Shown one piece after another: positions 19,769 to 28,970 of a stretch of 64,000 bases of DNA (its first letter is position 1; each line of letters begins with the position of its first letter). The DNA comes from Methylobacter sp. (lineage in GTDB: Bacteria; Pseudomonadota; Gammaproteobacteria; Methylococcales; Methylomonadaceae), in the NCBI GenBank assembly GCA_047920955.1, contig JBLRXA010000001.1:1200-65199 (forward strand). Direction: 5' to 3'. The notes beneath the pieces were generated by a model, which saw nothing but the letters and a program-made list of their open reading frames with translations, had not been told where the DNA came from and did not search any database. A program made the position numbers and the translations under genes.

Positions 19769-20820
19769 GACACGTTGTGCTTATTGGTGAAAAATGAAAA
19801 AAACCGTGACAAGTAGGCAAGGCTCTTTGCGCAGAAAGAATTTTGCTGTTTCAGCATCAGTGCCACCGCCGCCTCAAGTTGAGTTATCTGATTTCCGCGT
19901 GATGCCCAATTAATTTCAATATCGGCAAGTGACTGCTCAAGTCGGGTGATATGTTCGCCGCGTGCCGCCCAATCAATTCCGATGTCGGCAAGCGACTGCT
20001 CAAGCTGGGTGATAACGTCGCCACGCGCAGCCGATTCTGTTTCAATACGTTGAATATAATTGTGTAGCCTGCTTAACTCGGAATTTACATTGCTTAACTC
20101 GGAATTTACATTCCTTAACTCAAAGTGCTCTAATTGGCGTGCACCTAATGCGGTAAAATAAGGTATTAAGCTTTGCTTTTGACCTGAATCCGGTTGAAGC
20201 CAATCCAGCTTTTTTCCATCTGGCGCGTCATTCAGCTGCAATACGCCCATTCCATTGGAGTGCATGAATTCTAAATTGTTCGGATAAGCCGCTTGCAACT
20301 CTTCCCACAGTCTCCACACGCCGAAATCGCGCTCACGGACATTGGTATCATGGAACAACACAATCGCACCGGGCGCTAATTTTGGCAACCACGTTTCAAA
20401 ATCATGGCGGACCGCTTCGTAGGTATGCAACCCATCAATATGCAGCAGATCTATTGATTTATCCGCGAAATAAGTGACCGCCTCATCGAATGTCATGCGC
20501 AACAATCGGGAAAAAGCCGCATAATGCTCCTGATGATAACGATTAACTTGGGCAAAAACCGCATCGTCATAGAGGCCCGCGTGCTCATCGCCTTGCCATG
20601 TATCAACGGCATAACATTTTGTTGGGATGCCATTTTCATCAGCAGCCTGGCAAAACGAAAAATAAGAATTTCCAGTGTGTGTGCCAAGTTCTACAAATAC
20701 GTTGGGTTTAACTTCCTTAATCACCCACGCAGCAAATGGCAAATGCCCTATCCAAGCATTGGGAAACTGTAACGATTTCGGAGAAAAAGTACTGATTTCT
20801 AGCAAATTATTTAGATTCAT
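19765..20820 (-). CDS. Class I SAM-dependent methyltransferase with C-terminal repeated coiled coil
   Basis: VELGTHTGNS, LLHIDGLHTYEAVRHD, VLFHD; 7-aa and 21-aa repeats in the tail. Confidence 0.9.
   Translation of the reverse strand: MNLNNLLEISTFSPKSLQFPNAWIGHLPFAAWVIKEVKPNVFVELGTHTGNSYFSFCQAADENGIPTKCYAVDTWQGDEHAGLYDDAVFAQVNRYHQEHYAAFSRLLRMTFDEAVTYFADKSIDLLHIDGLHTYEAVRHDFETWLPKLAPGAIVLFHDTNVRERDFGVWRLWEELQAAYPNNLEFMHSNGMGVLQLNDAPDGKKLDWLQPDSGQKQSLIPYFTALGARQLEHFELRNVNSELSNVNSELSRLHNYIQRIETESAARGDVITQLEQSLADIGIDWAARGEHITRLEQSLADIEINWASRGNQITQLEAAVALMLKQQNSFCAKSLAYLSRFFSFFTNKHNVS
20071..20121. repeat. 21-bp tandem repeat (about 2.4 copies) in the methyltransferase tail
   Basis: GCTTAACTCGGAATTTACATT x2 plus partial copy; encodes NVNSELS repeats. 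Confidence 0.9.
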
Positions 20821-20950
20821 GTCGCGCTATGCTTATGGGGTTATGTGGATGTGCTTAACTTATCGTAAATCCACGGATTTCTTAGTTTGATTGATTTTAT
20901 CAATCTATGAGGACATTTTCATTAGTCCATATGTAGCCGATATGCCATGT

Positions 20951-21901
20951 CTAAATGTTGGCGTTAAGGTCGGCCGTGTTTTCCATTCCTGATGATGTTT
21001 CCAGCATCATCAAAGGCAGTACATCGGCCGCCCACCATGCGCTAGGATGACGCCGTATTGCCTGGCCAATGAATGTATAGGGGTCTTCGCCGGGGGCGGA
21101 AAAACGCAGATGATGAATCCCCGCATGAAACTCACACACAAAACCCATAAGCGGGGCCTGCGCTATCTTGGCCAACTTAACCGCTCCGGGCGCAAAGCCG
21201 CAAGATACGCCTAAAAATGGCTTGACAAGCGCAGATTCGTTCGGGTCGGCGGGCAAATCACCGACAATGACCACGGCGCCGCCGCGCTGCAAGAAACGTA
21301 CGAATTTGCTGGCGTTGCCTTGCCGATCAAGAATTTGGCCGCCGTTAAGATAGCGTCCCATGGCCGCATATTTTTGCCGATAAAAACGGCCGATACGGGG
21401 ATGCACTCGCGGATCGTCGACTATATTTGAGCTCATCCCCAGCACTGGAAGGCCGAGGCGCTGCAGCAATACGGTGCCCAGAATGCTGCTGCCGAAATGC
21501 CCAGTAAGAAAAACCACCCGGGGATGCTCTTGCAGCAGCGCCAGCATACCATCAAGGCCTTCGTAACTGACCGGCCATTGCGAAATGTCACGCCCGATGA
21601 TCATGCAGGCGGCCTCCCACTCCTCGATACTCTGCATCTGGTAGCGTTGCGCCACGGCTTGGGTCAGCGCCAAAGCGCCAGCTTCCGGCAAAAGCCGGCC
21701 CAATGTTTGTTGCGTTCGCCGGTAAAGGCTTTGGTCTTGGAAGGAAAGTTGCCGCCAGTCGCGTTTCAGCCAGGCATATAGCAACCCTCGCCAAGCGGCT
21801 AAGCATCGCCCCCAGGATAAAGGCAACCGCGCCAGCAAGGGCAACAACACACCGTAATCCCACGCGATCCATTGGCGCTGAATCCAGCTTAGGTGGCTCA
21901 C
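20951..21901 (-). CDS. LpxL/LPLAT-like acyltransferase family protein
   Basis: N-terminal LARLPL helix, VSYEGLD, VVFLTGHFG, VVIVGD, PFLG, GAVKLA, HPSAWW; GTG overlaps wzt stop. Confidence 0.7.
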   Translation of the reverse strand: MSHLSWIQRQWIAWDYGVLLPLLARLPLSWGRCLAAWRGLLYAWLKRDWRQLSFQDQSLYRRTQQTLGRLLPEAGALALTQAVAQRYQMQSIEEWEAACMIIGRDISQWPVSYEGLDGMLALLQEHPRVVFLTGHFGSSILGTVLLQRLGLPVLGMSSNIVDDPRVHPRIGRFYRQKYAAMGRYLNGGQILDRQGNASKFVRFLQRGGAVVIVGDLPADPNESALVKPFLGVSCGFAPGAVKLAKIAQAPLMGFVCEFHAGIHHLRFSAPGEDPYTFIGQAIRRHPSAWWAADVLPLMMLETSSGMENTADLNANI

Positions 21902-23142
21902 AATTGCTCCCAAGTCCGTTGCAGCGCGACCACGCCTATTTCAAGGCCCGGTTGCGTCACTTCAAATTCAGAGCATCGGGCCGAATCGTAAATATGAATG
22001 GCCTGTTCACATAACAAAAAGACATTGACCATATAATGTCCGCGCAACAACTGAATGCTGGGAAACTTCACTTGAACGGTCGCGGCCCCCTGCGCATCGC
22101 GCACCAGACCGACCTTATCGTAATAATTGCAGCAACTGGTGATATTGTGCCCGCCCTTATCGGTAATGATTACCGCAACGCTAGGGCAAGGCAAATCGGG
22201 GCATGAGCTGAAGCTGACTTGCACGGCCAAAGTAGAGGCCATGCTGGCTAGCTTCAAAGTAGACGGTGCCTGGCCATCAGCCGTCACAACTACATGGTTG
22301 ATTTGGGCTGACCCTGACGCAGGCGGTGGCGTCGAGAGGGTAAAGTCTATTGAATCGGCAGGGGGGGCGGCAGATTTAGGTTTGTCAATCTGATCTAAGA
22401 ACTGGTTGTATCCCCGGCATACAATGGCCGCTTCGTCCAAGATCCTTATTTGACCGTTATCTAGCCATAATGCGCGCTGGCACAAAGCCTCAAGTTGGTA
22501 AATATTGTGCGAACAAAATAATATCGTGGTGCCGCGCGCTTTTAAATCAATAATGCGGTCAAACGATTTCCGCGCAAAAGCGCCATCCCCTACTGACAAG
22601 GCCTCATCAATCACCAAAATATCAGGCTCGACGCTGGTGGCGACGGCGAATGCCAAACGCACGTACATGCCGCTGGAATAAGTTTTGACCGGCTGGTCGA
22701 TAAACTCGCGGATGCCGGAAAAATCCACGATCTCTTCGAAGCGCGCATCAATCTCTTTCCGGCTTAGCCCCATAATGGCCGCGCTCATAAATACGTTTTC
22801 GCGGCCAGTGAACTCAGGGTTAAATCCGGCGCCAAGTTCCAGTAGCGCGGCAACGCGCCCTCGGACAACGACTTCGCCTGAGGTTGGCGTCAATGTGCCG
22901 CAAATCAGTTGCAACAAGGTCGATTTGCCCGCACCATTGCGCCCGACAATGCCCATGACTTCGCCTTTGCCGATTTCAAAGCTGACATCGCGCAAGGCCC
23001 AAAATTCGCGGAAATACTGCCGTTTGCCGCGCCATAAAAACTGTTTTAAACGGTCATGCGGCTGCCCGTAAAGCTGGTAACACTTGCTTAAATGGTTGAT
23101 GCTGATCGCGGCTGTGTTTTGTGCTAATTCAATTGGCTTCAT
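21898..23142 (-). CDS. wzt: ABC polysaccharide exporter ATPase with Wzt_C carbohydrate-binding domain
   Basis: GRNGAGKST, YSSGMYVRLAF, IDEALSVGD, extended C-terminus. Confidence 0.95.
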   Translation of the reverse strand: MKPIELAQNTAAISINHLSKCYQLYGQPHDRLKQFLWRGKRQYFREFWALRDVSFEIGKGEVMGIVGRNGAGKSTLLQLICGTLTPTSGEVVVRGRVAALLELGAGFNPEFTGRENVFMSAAIMGLSRKEIDARFEEIVDFSGIREFIDQPVKTYSSGMYVRLAFAVATSVEPDILVIDEALSVGDGAFARKSFDRIIDLKARGTTILFCSHNIYQLEALCQRALWLDNGQIRILDEAAIVCRGYNQFLDQIDKPKSAAPPADSIDFTLSTPPPASGSAQINHVVVTADGQAPSTLKLASMASTLAVQVSFSSCPDLPCPSVAVIITDKGGHNITSCCNYYDKVGLVRDAQGAATVQVKFPSIQLLRGHYMVNVFLLCEQAIHIYDSARCSEFEVTQPGLEIGVVALQRTWEQL

Positions 23143-23208
23143 CTTAGTTAATCGTTAAGCTGTCCCGGAAGCATTAATGCTTCCGGCAAGCTGTCCTGTT
23201 TATGTCCC

Positions 23209-23642
23209 ATTCGCGTTATTGCATCTTGGCGCAAGCGATTGAACGTGTCCATCAGCATTAAGCTGTATTCCTTTGCCAATTGGCGACGATTTCCAAGGTA
23301 TGCAGAAAGCGCACTGCTGGTAAGGCCAAGGTTGCATTCATAATCTTAATTCCTGTTATCGCCGCGTGTTCATGTATGGCTTGGCGTGGGGCTTGAAGGA
23401 TCAAGCACCAGCACATCAATAGGCTGGTCACCGATGCGTAATTGCAGTTTGGCAGTGAGCTGCAGGGTTTTACATGCAATCTCTGAGGTAACTGAGGGCA
23501 GTTAAATCAGCAGGTCAACAATATCGCCGCCTCGTGCGTCATCATTTATTCTCGAACCAAACACTTTTACCGTGGCTTCAGCGCCGAAAATTTCTTGGGC
23601 TGTTTCCCGGACTATAGTTTGGGTATGTGGCGAAAGTCCCAT
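23209..23642 (-). pseudogene. Decayed minimal nucleotidyltransferase gene plus remnant of a probable HEPN partner
   Basis: MGLSPHTQTIVRETAQEIFG...VFGSRINDDARGGDIVDLLI* then ...LQLRIGDQPIDVLVLD with stop and frameshift; short downstream fragments. Confidence 0.7.
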
Positions 23643-23670
23643 TTTAAGTGTCCTTTGCGGCCAACCAGGC

Positions 23671-24489
23671 TCACAGCACATCGGCAAACCCTTTTCTGGT
23701 TTTCTCAAACCAAAACAGCCCTAACCACGCAATAACAATGGACACGGCGCTATAAATGCCGAGTTGGCTCCAGTCCGGTTGTTTGCCCCAAAGTAAAATA
23801 TTGCGCACTTGCTCGACAACAAACGTGATGGGGTTCAAAAACAGGTAAGCGCCCACGCTTTCCGGCAAGGCGCTCAATGGGTAAAAAATGGGGCTCATGA
23901 ACATCAGCACGGTGATTACCATGCCGACCAGTTGCCCCATGTCGCGGATAAAAACGCCGAGCGATGCCAGCAGCCAGGACAAGCCCATAATCAGCAACAA
24001 AAACGGCAGCAACACAAGGGGCAACCACAGTATCGTCCAAAAAAAACCGTGGCCAACAAGGGCCAAAAACACCAGCAACACCGCCAAACTGATGCAGGTA
24101 TGGAACAAGGCGGAACCGAGCGCCACCCAAGGCAGTATTTCAAGCGGGAAGATAACCTTTTTGACATAATTGACATTGCCCAAAATCAGCCCCGGCGCCC
24201 GGCCAATACATTCGGCAAACAGGTTAAAGACAATCAACCCTGCAAACAATACCAGCGCAAACTCGTATTTATCGACATCACCTTGCCCCCAACGCGCCTT
24301 GAACACAAAACCAAAGACGAAGGTGTAAACCGCCAGCATCAGCACGGGATTGACGAACGACCATAACAGCCCCAGAAATGAACCCCGGTAGCGGCCGATC
24401 ACTTCACGTTTGACCATTTGCAGGATGAGGGGGTAATTGCTCAGTAGGCTGAGGAATACATTGAAAAAACGGAATGATGTCGAAGTCAA
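23671..24489 (-). CDS. wzm: ABC polysaccharide exporter permease
   Basis: REVIGRYRGSFLGLLWSFVNP, NYVKKVIFP, FEKTRKGFADVL. Confidence 0.96.
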   Translation of the reverse strand: MTSTSFRFFNVFLSLLSNYPLILQMVKREVIGRYRGSFLGLLWSFVNPVLMLAVYTFVFGFVFKARWGQGDVDKYEFALVLFAGLIVFNLFAECIGRAPGLILGNVNYVKKVIFPLEILPWVALGSALFHTCISLAVLLVFLALVGHGFFWTILWLPLVLLPFLLLIMGLSWLLASLGVFIRDMGQLVGMVITVLMFMSPIFYPLSALPESVGAYLFLNPITFVVEQVRNILLWGKQPDWSQLGIYSAVSIVIAWLGLFWFEKTRKGFADVL

Positions 24490-24600
24490 AATATCGGAAA
24501 GAATCTACGGGGGACTAAACTTCCATTATCGCAGATAAAAAAGCGGCACGACAATTGTTTTGTCGCAAAATCAGCCTGCGCCTATCGCTTGCAAGCCGCA

Positions 24601-25290
24601 TTATTCAGTTTGTTCGCCGCTCGCGACATGGCTTAAATAATGGATGTCCTTAATCTCCAGGTTATTGCCGTTGCGCGCAATCACGCCGTTAGTTTGTAAT
24701 TTTTGAAACACGCGGGTGACGGTTTCGCGGGTGACGTTAATCATAATGGCAATCTCCTGATGTGTCGGCGCCAGCACAATAACCTGCTCCCCAGAAGGCG
24801 TTTTTATCGTTAACCGGATCAATTGTGCGCAGACCCGTTGCAGCGGCGAAGGCATGGTCAATAATGTCCGTTGCGTGAGTGCTTCACGCAAACGCCGCGC
24901 CAGCCGGGCATTGATTAGCGCGGCCACTTGCGGCACTTCGTTGACCAGCTGCAAAATAATTTTGGCGGGCACGGTCACAAACCGCGACGGCACGAGGGAG
25001 ATGACCATCTCGTGCGTAGGCAGCTGGTCAACCACAGCAAGCTCGCCGAAAAAATCGTTCGGTTCGACAAAATAAAGCCCGGCTTCGCGCCCGTCCAGGG
25101 TAATGTCAACCCCTTGCAGCCTGCCATCGAGCAACAGGCCTAGTGAGTGGGCGAGTTGGTTTTTTTCCATGACCACTTTACGCCGGGGCACTTCGACCAG
25201 TTGTGCGTATTGGCTAAGTTGGCGAATAACCTCAGCTGGAAGCGGCTTGAACAGGTCAAACTGCTTGAGCAGCAGCGGGTCAATGGCCAT
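24601..25290 (-). CDS. Crp/Fnr-family transcriptional regulator
   Basis: cNMP-binding fold (FFGELAVVD) and HTH THQEIAIMINVTRETVTR. Confidence 0.95.
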   Translation of the reverse strand: MAIDPLLLKQFDLFKPLPAEVIRQLSQYAQLVEVPRRKVVMEKNQLAHSLGLLLDGRLQGVDITLDGREAGLYFVEPNDFFGELAVVDQLPTHEMVISLVPSRFVTVPAKIILQLVNEVPQVAALINARLARRLREALTQRTLLTMPSPLQRVCAQLIRLTIKTPSGEQVIVLAPTHQEIAIMINVTRETVTRVFQKLQTNGVIARNGNNLEIKDIHYLSHVASGEQTE

Positions 25291-25508
25291 AAGGAAACAA
25301 AAAATTTCTCAAAAACAAACGTGTCCTATCTGTAGCATTTAGAATTTTTTAGGGGATAAAGTCCGGCGCTGAACCTGAATGCTTGGTTCTGTTTTTATTA
25401 TAGGGTAGCCAGCGTTTGGCTGTCATCATTTTGCTGTTTTTGGGGGGCAGATAAAAAACCTTATCCAGGATATTGAAAAAAGGTTATATCTCGAAAATGG
25501 CTGATGTG

Positions 25509-25524
25509 TGTGATTCTAGGCACA
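25509..25524 (+). promoter_or_regulatory. CRP-type binding site at class II spacing upstream of the FecR-cyclase-OMP operon
   Basis: TGTGA-TTCTAG-GCACA (9/10 match to TGTGA-N6-TCACA); TAATAT -10-like hexamer at 25545-25550. Confidence 0.7.
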
Positions 25525-25590
25525 GCGTAAACGTATGGATAAGGTAATATGCAGCCACTTAAATGAAATTGCGCCCATACAGGAACAATA

Positions 25591-27018
25591 ATGAACACTT
25601 CAATAAAAGTAAGTTGCTTCAACGCGCTTGATGCCCCCAAGAGGCGGTGGCGCGACATAACGGTGGCCGTCTTGCTGGTATTGTTTGCCGCCCCGCAATT
25701 ACGTGCTAATGAACAAAATCAACCGGATAAGGCGGGGCACGTCACGCTGGTTATCGGCCAGGCGATAACGCACAACAAAAAAGGTGAACGGCATGCCCTG
25801 AAACGCGGCGACTCGGTTTATGTTGAGGACATTATCGAAACCGCCGCCGGCGGCCACCTGCATTTGCGCTTTATCGATGATGGCACGGTCAGCCTGCGGC
25901 CTAATAGCCGTTTAAGCATTGAGCTTTATCGTTACGACAGGGTGAACCCTAACAACAGCGCGATCCGTTTCAATCTGGAAACAGGTGTTATCCGCAGCAT
26001 TTCCGGAAAAGCCACCGAAGCCGCACATGACCGCTTCCGTCTGAACACCCCCATTACCGCGATTGGCGTTTTGGGCACTGATTTTGTCGTACGCGCTGAA
26101 CCGGAAAAAATGTGGGCCGGCGTCTATTCGGGCGCGATTGCCATCGCCCCGCTCAATGCGCAGTGTTCGGCTAATGGCCTTGGCGTCTGCGCCGGGGCGA
26201 CGCATTTGTCGGAAAATATGGGCAGTGTCATGCTTGAATTCAGCGGCGGCAGAATCAGGGAAAAAATTGTACCGCGTGACTCGACGATCCTGCCTGAGGC
26301 GAGCCCCGACCATACTGATAGCGAGAAACCGAATCAATCCGCAGCGCCAATGACAGCACCGACGCGCACAGCCGGACTTGAACGTGGCGGTAAAAGCGAC
26401 GGCGCTTCAAATGCCGCGTCAGGGCGCATGACCGTTGCAGAAATGAAAGCGATTGACGTTGCCACGCGCTTGGATATACCCGGCAAGCAGTTACCCCCCC
26501 CGATACCGCCCGCACCCTTTACATGGGCGCGCTGGGGCGGGCAATGGGCAGGCGATACTATGAGCCAACCTTACGGCGAGGCGCGGGAAGGCAAACAAGT
26601 GACGGTCGGCAACAGCCATTTTGCCTTATTTCGCACACCCACCGCATCGTCCGAATTGCAACCCCAGACTGGCGCTTACGACTTTAAATTAAGCCAAGGC
26701 CAGGTTCATTTTGTCAACAATGGCCCCGCGTGGCAGAAAGATAAAATTACCCCCGCCAACCTGGATGCGGGGGCGCTGCATGTCGATTTCGCCCAGCGGC
26801 AATTCAATACTCAGTTGGAAATGAGCAATCTCAATCAAGAATCCGCGATCCTTAATGTGTCCGGCCCCATTCGCGACAATGGCGTTTTCACTGCACAAAA
26901 TGCAGCCGGAAAAGTGGCGGGGGCGCTATCGGCAGAAGGCGGGTATGCCGGCATGTTTTTCGAGCGCGAGATTCAGTCGGGCACTTTCCACGGACTGACG
27001 GATTGGGTCAAACACTAA
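25591..27018 (+). CDS. Exported FecR-domain protein with low-complexity linker and C-terminal beta-rich (TbpB-like barrel) domain
   Basis: Signal/TM segment; FecR motifs (GDSVYVEDIIET, DGTVSLRPNSRL, TPITAIGVLGTDF); Pro/Ala linker; LHVDFAQRQFNTQL...VAGAL...AGMFFE. Confidence 0.85.
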   Translation: MNTSIKVSCFNALDAPKRRWRDITVAVLLVLFAAPQLRANEQNQPDKAGHVTLVIGQAITHNKKGERHALKRGDSVYVEDIIETAAGGHLHLRFIDDGTVSLRPNSRLSIELYRYDRVNPNNSAIRFNLETGVIRSISGKATEAAHDRFRLNTPITAIGVLGTDFVVRAEPEKMWAGVYSGAIAIAPLNAQCSANGLGVCAGATHLSENMGSVMLEFSGGRIREKIVPRDSTILPEASPDHTDSEKPNQSAAPMTAPTRTAGLERGGKSDGASNAASGRMTVAEMKAIDVATRLDIPGKQLPPPIPPAPFTWARWGGQWAGDTMSQPYGEAREGKQVTVGNSHFALFRTPTASSELQPQTGAYDFKLSQGQVHFVNNGPAWQKDKITPANLDAGALHVDFAQRQFNTQLEMSNLNQESAILNVSGPIRDNGVFTAQNAAGKVAGALSAEGGYAGMFFEREIQSGTFHGLTDWVKH

Positions 27019-28970
27019 TGCCATCGGAAACTTTACTCAAAAATCGCCTCACGCCGTTTGTACTGGCAGCAACACTGACATTAACCGTCAGTGTGTTTTG
27101 GGCGGAGCCTTTTTCCAATATTGAGGCTGTGGTCGGCGACCAACTCTGGCAACTGATCGATAGCGGCAGTCCGGTTAACCGGGAACGGCGTGTTGTTGTC
27201 ATCGATATTGATGAAGCCAGCATCGCCCAATACGGTGCATGGCCGTGGCCGCGTGAGCGTACCGCAACCCTGTTAAAAAACCTGGCCGACCACGGCGTGG
27301 CGCAACGCATTGTCGATATTACCTTCCCCGATGCCAAACCGGGCGACGACCAACTGGCGGCAGAATTGCTGAAAACGCCGACCATCCTGGCGCAAGTATT
27401 GGCCGTCAATGCCGACCATCCCGTAAACCGGGGCCAGCTGCAAGGCGCGTTGTCTAATGATGTATGCCCCGGACAATTTCCTGAAGCTAACGGTATCATC
27501 GCCAACGCGCCGCATCTTCGCGCCGCCAGCGCCGGGCACATTACCCCGCAAATTGCAGCAGATGGCGTTATCCGGCAGTTGTCGGCCATTATCTGTTACC
27601 AAAACAAAGCCTATGTCACCCTAGCCTTAGCCGCGATAGCCGAAGGTGCGGGTCTGGCGCCTGATTTTAGTATTACCCCCGGCAGCCGATGGCTGCAGCC
27701 AATGGCTGTACTACGTCACCCAGGACTGCCCGGATTTTCGGTGCCCATCAGCCAACAAGGCGACATCCTCTTGCCTTGGTGGATGTCACGCGCCGCCATT
27801 ATTTCCTTGTCCGCTAAAGACGTCATGGAAGGCAACGTACCGGCCGGATACCTGAAAGGCGCTTGGGCGTTAGTGGGCGCCACCGCGTTCAGCATAGGCG
27901 ACACCATTTCGACGCCGCAGGCGGGGACAGCCAGCGGCGTTGAAGTCCATGCGCAACTGTTGACCGCGCTGTTAGATGGTCGCATACCCTATCAGCCGCG
28001 TGGCACAATTTTTCTGCAAATCGGCTGGATGGCACTGTCGGCTCTGCTGTTGCTGGGTGCCAGCTATTTTCGCGGCGGCGTGTCGCACGTCTACGGCCCA
28101 CTATTAAGCGGCCTGCTGTTGCTGGCCGCAAGTGCTACGCTGCACGTCAGTCTGCTCTGGGCTTTTAGCCTCTGGCAGCCGTGGATGGCATCGGCATTTT
28201 TTATACTGTCCCTCGCCACCCTCATCACTACCCAAGGCTACCTGAGCAGCCGCGCCGAAGGCGACCTGCTGTACCGCAACCTGTCCAGCTATCTGCCCGC
28301 CCATGTCGCCAAGCAGATTGCCCAGCAAGAACCGGGCAGCACACTGAATGCGCACCATGAACAAGTCATTGTCCTGTATGCGGATTTAAGGAATTTCTCG
28401 GCTTGGTGCGACCAATTGCCGGCAGAACAGGCGGGCGCGTTACTGCATAACTTCTACACCTTCACCAGCAAAATTATCCACCAGCAAGGCGGCGTTGTTG
28501 AAGAATATGTCGGCGATGCGGTCATGGGGGTTTGGCGTGGTAGCAATAACGATTTACGGCCGCTCAATGCTGCCAAAAGCATGGTCTCGACTGGCGAGCA
28601 GCTGTTTGGTGCCGAAACCAACATCAATACTTTGCCGCCGTTAGCGGTCGGCATCGGTATTGAACAGGGCGAGGTGTTAGTCGGCGCATTTGGCCCTGCC
28701 CGGCGTCGGGTACACACCTTGTTAGGCAGAACAGTAACGACGGCAATCCGCCTGCAGGCTATGACCGGCGAACTGTCGCAACCCATCGTCTGCGGCGAAA
28801 ATGTCGCCCAATCCTGGAAAGGGCAGGTCAATATCATCTCGCTAGGCAACTTTCTGTTACAAGACCGGCGGCAGCCGACCGAGCTGTTCGTGCCGGCAAT
28901 CGAGCGCCGCCAAGTGAATTCGCCGTCTGTAAATCCCCTACAAACGGAGTTGACGGTAGATATCGGGTGA
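27018..28970 (+). CDS. CHASE2-domain class III nucleotide cyclase
   Basis: VVVIDIDEASIAQYGAWPWPR, DGVIRQ, GVEVHAQ (CHASE2); TM helices; YADLRNFS, YVGDAVM, GIGIEQG; TAATG overlap. Confidence 0.93.
   Translation: MPSETLLKNRLTPFVLAATLTLTVSVFWAEPFSNIEAVVGDQLWQLIDSGSPVNRERRVVVIDIDEASIAQYGAWPWPRERTATLLKNLADHGVAQRIVDITFPDAKPGDDQLAAELLKTPTILAQVLAVNADHPVNRGQLQGALSNDVCPGQFPEANGIIANAPHLRAASAGHITPQIAADGVIRQLSAIICYQNKAYVTLALAAIAEGAGLAPDFSITPGSRWLQPMAVLRHPGLPGFSVPISQQGDILLPWWMSRAAIISLSAKDVMEGNVPAGYLKGAWALVGATAFSIGDTISTPQAGTASGVEVHAQLLTALLDGRIPYQPRGTIFLQIGWMALSALLLLGASYFRGGVSHVYGPLLSGLLLLAASATLHVSLLWAFSLWQPWMASAFFILSLATLITTQGYLSSRAEGDLLYRNLSSYLPAHVAKQIAQQEPGSTLNAHHEQVIVLYADLRNFSAWCDQLPAEQAGALLHNFYTFTSKIIHQQGGVVEEYVGDAVMGVWRGSNNDLRPLNAAKSMVSTGEQLFGAETNINTLPPLAVGIGIEQGEVLVGAFGPARRRVHTLLGRTVTTAIRLQAMTGELSQPIVCGENVAQSWKGQVNIISLGNFLLQDRRQPTELFVPAIERRQVNSPSVNPLQTELTVDIG

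Noticed and set aside
27018-28970. Pycsar/CBASS-type anti-phage interpretation of the atypical cyclase
   Set aside because: The cyclase has a CHASE2 sensor and the partner is a DNA-binding Crp; no TIR, TM or nuclease effector is adjacent
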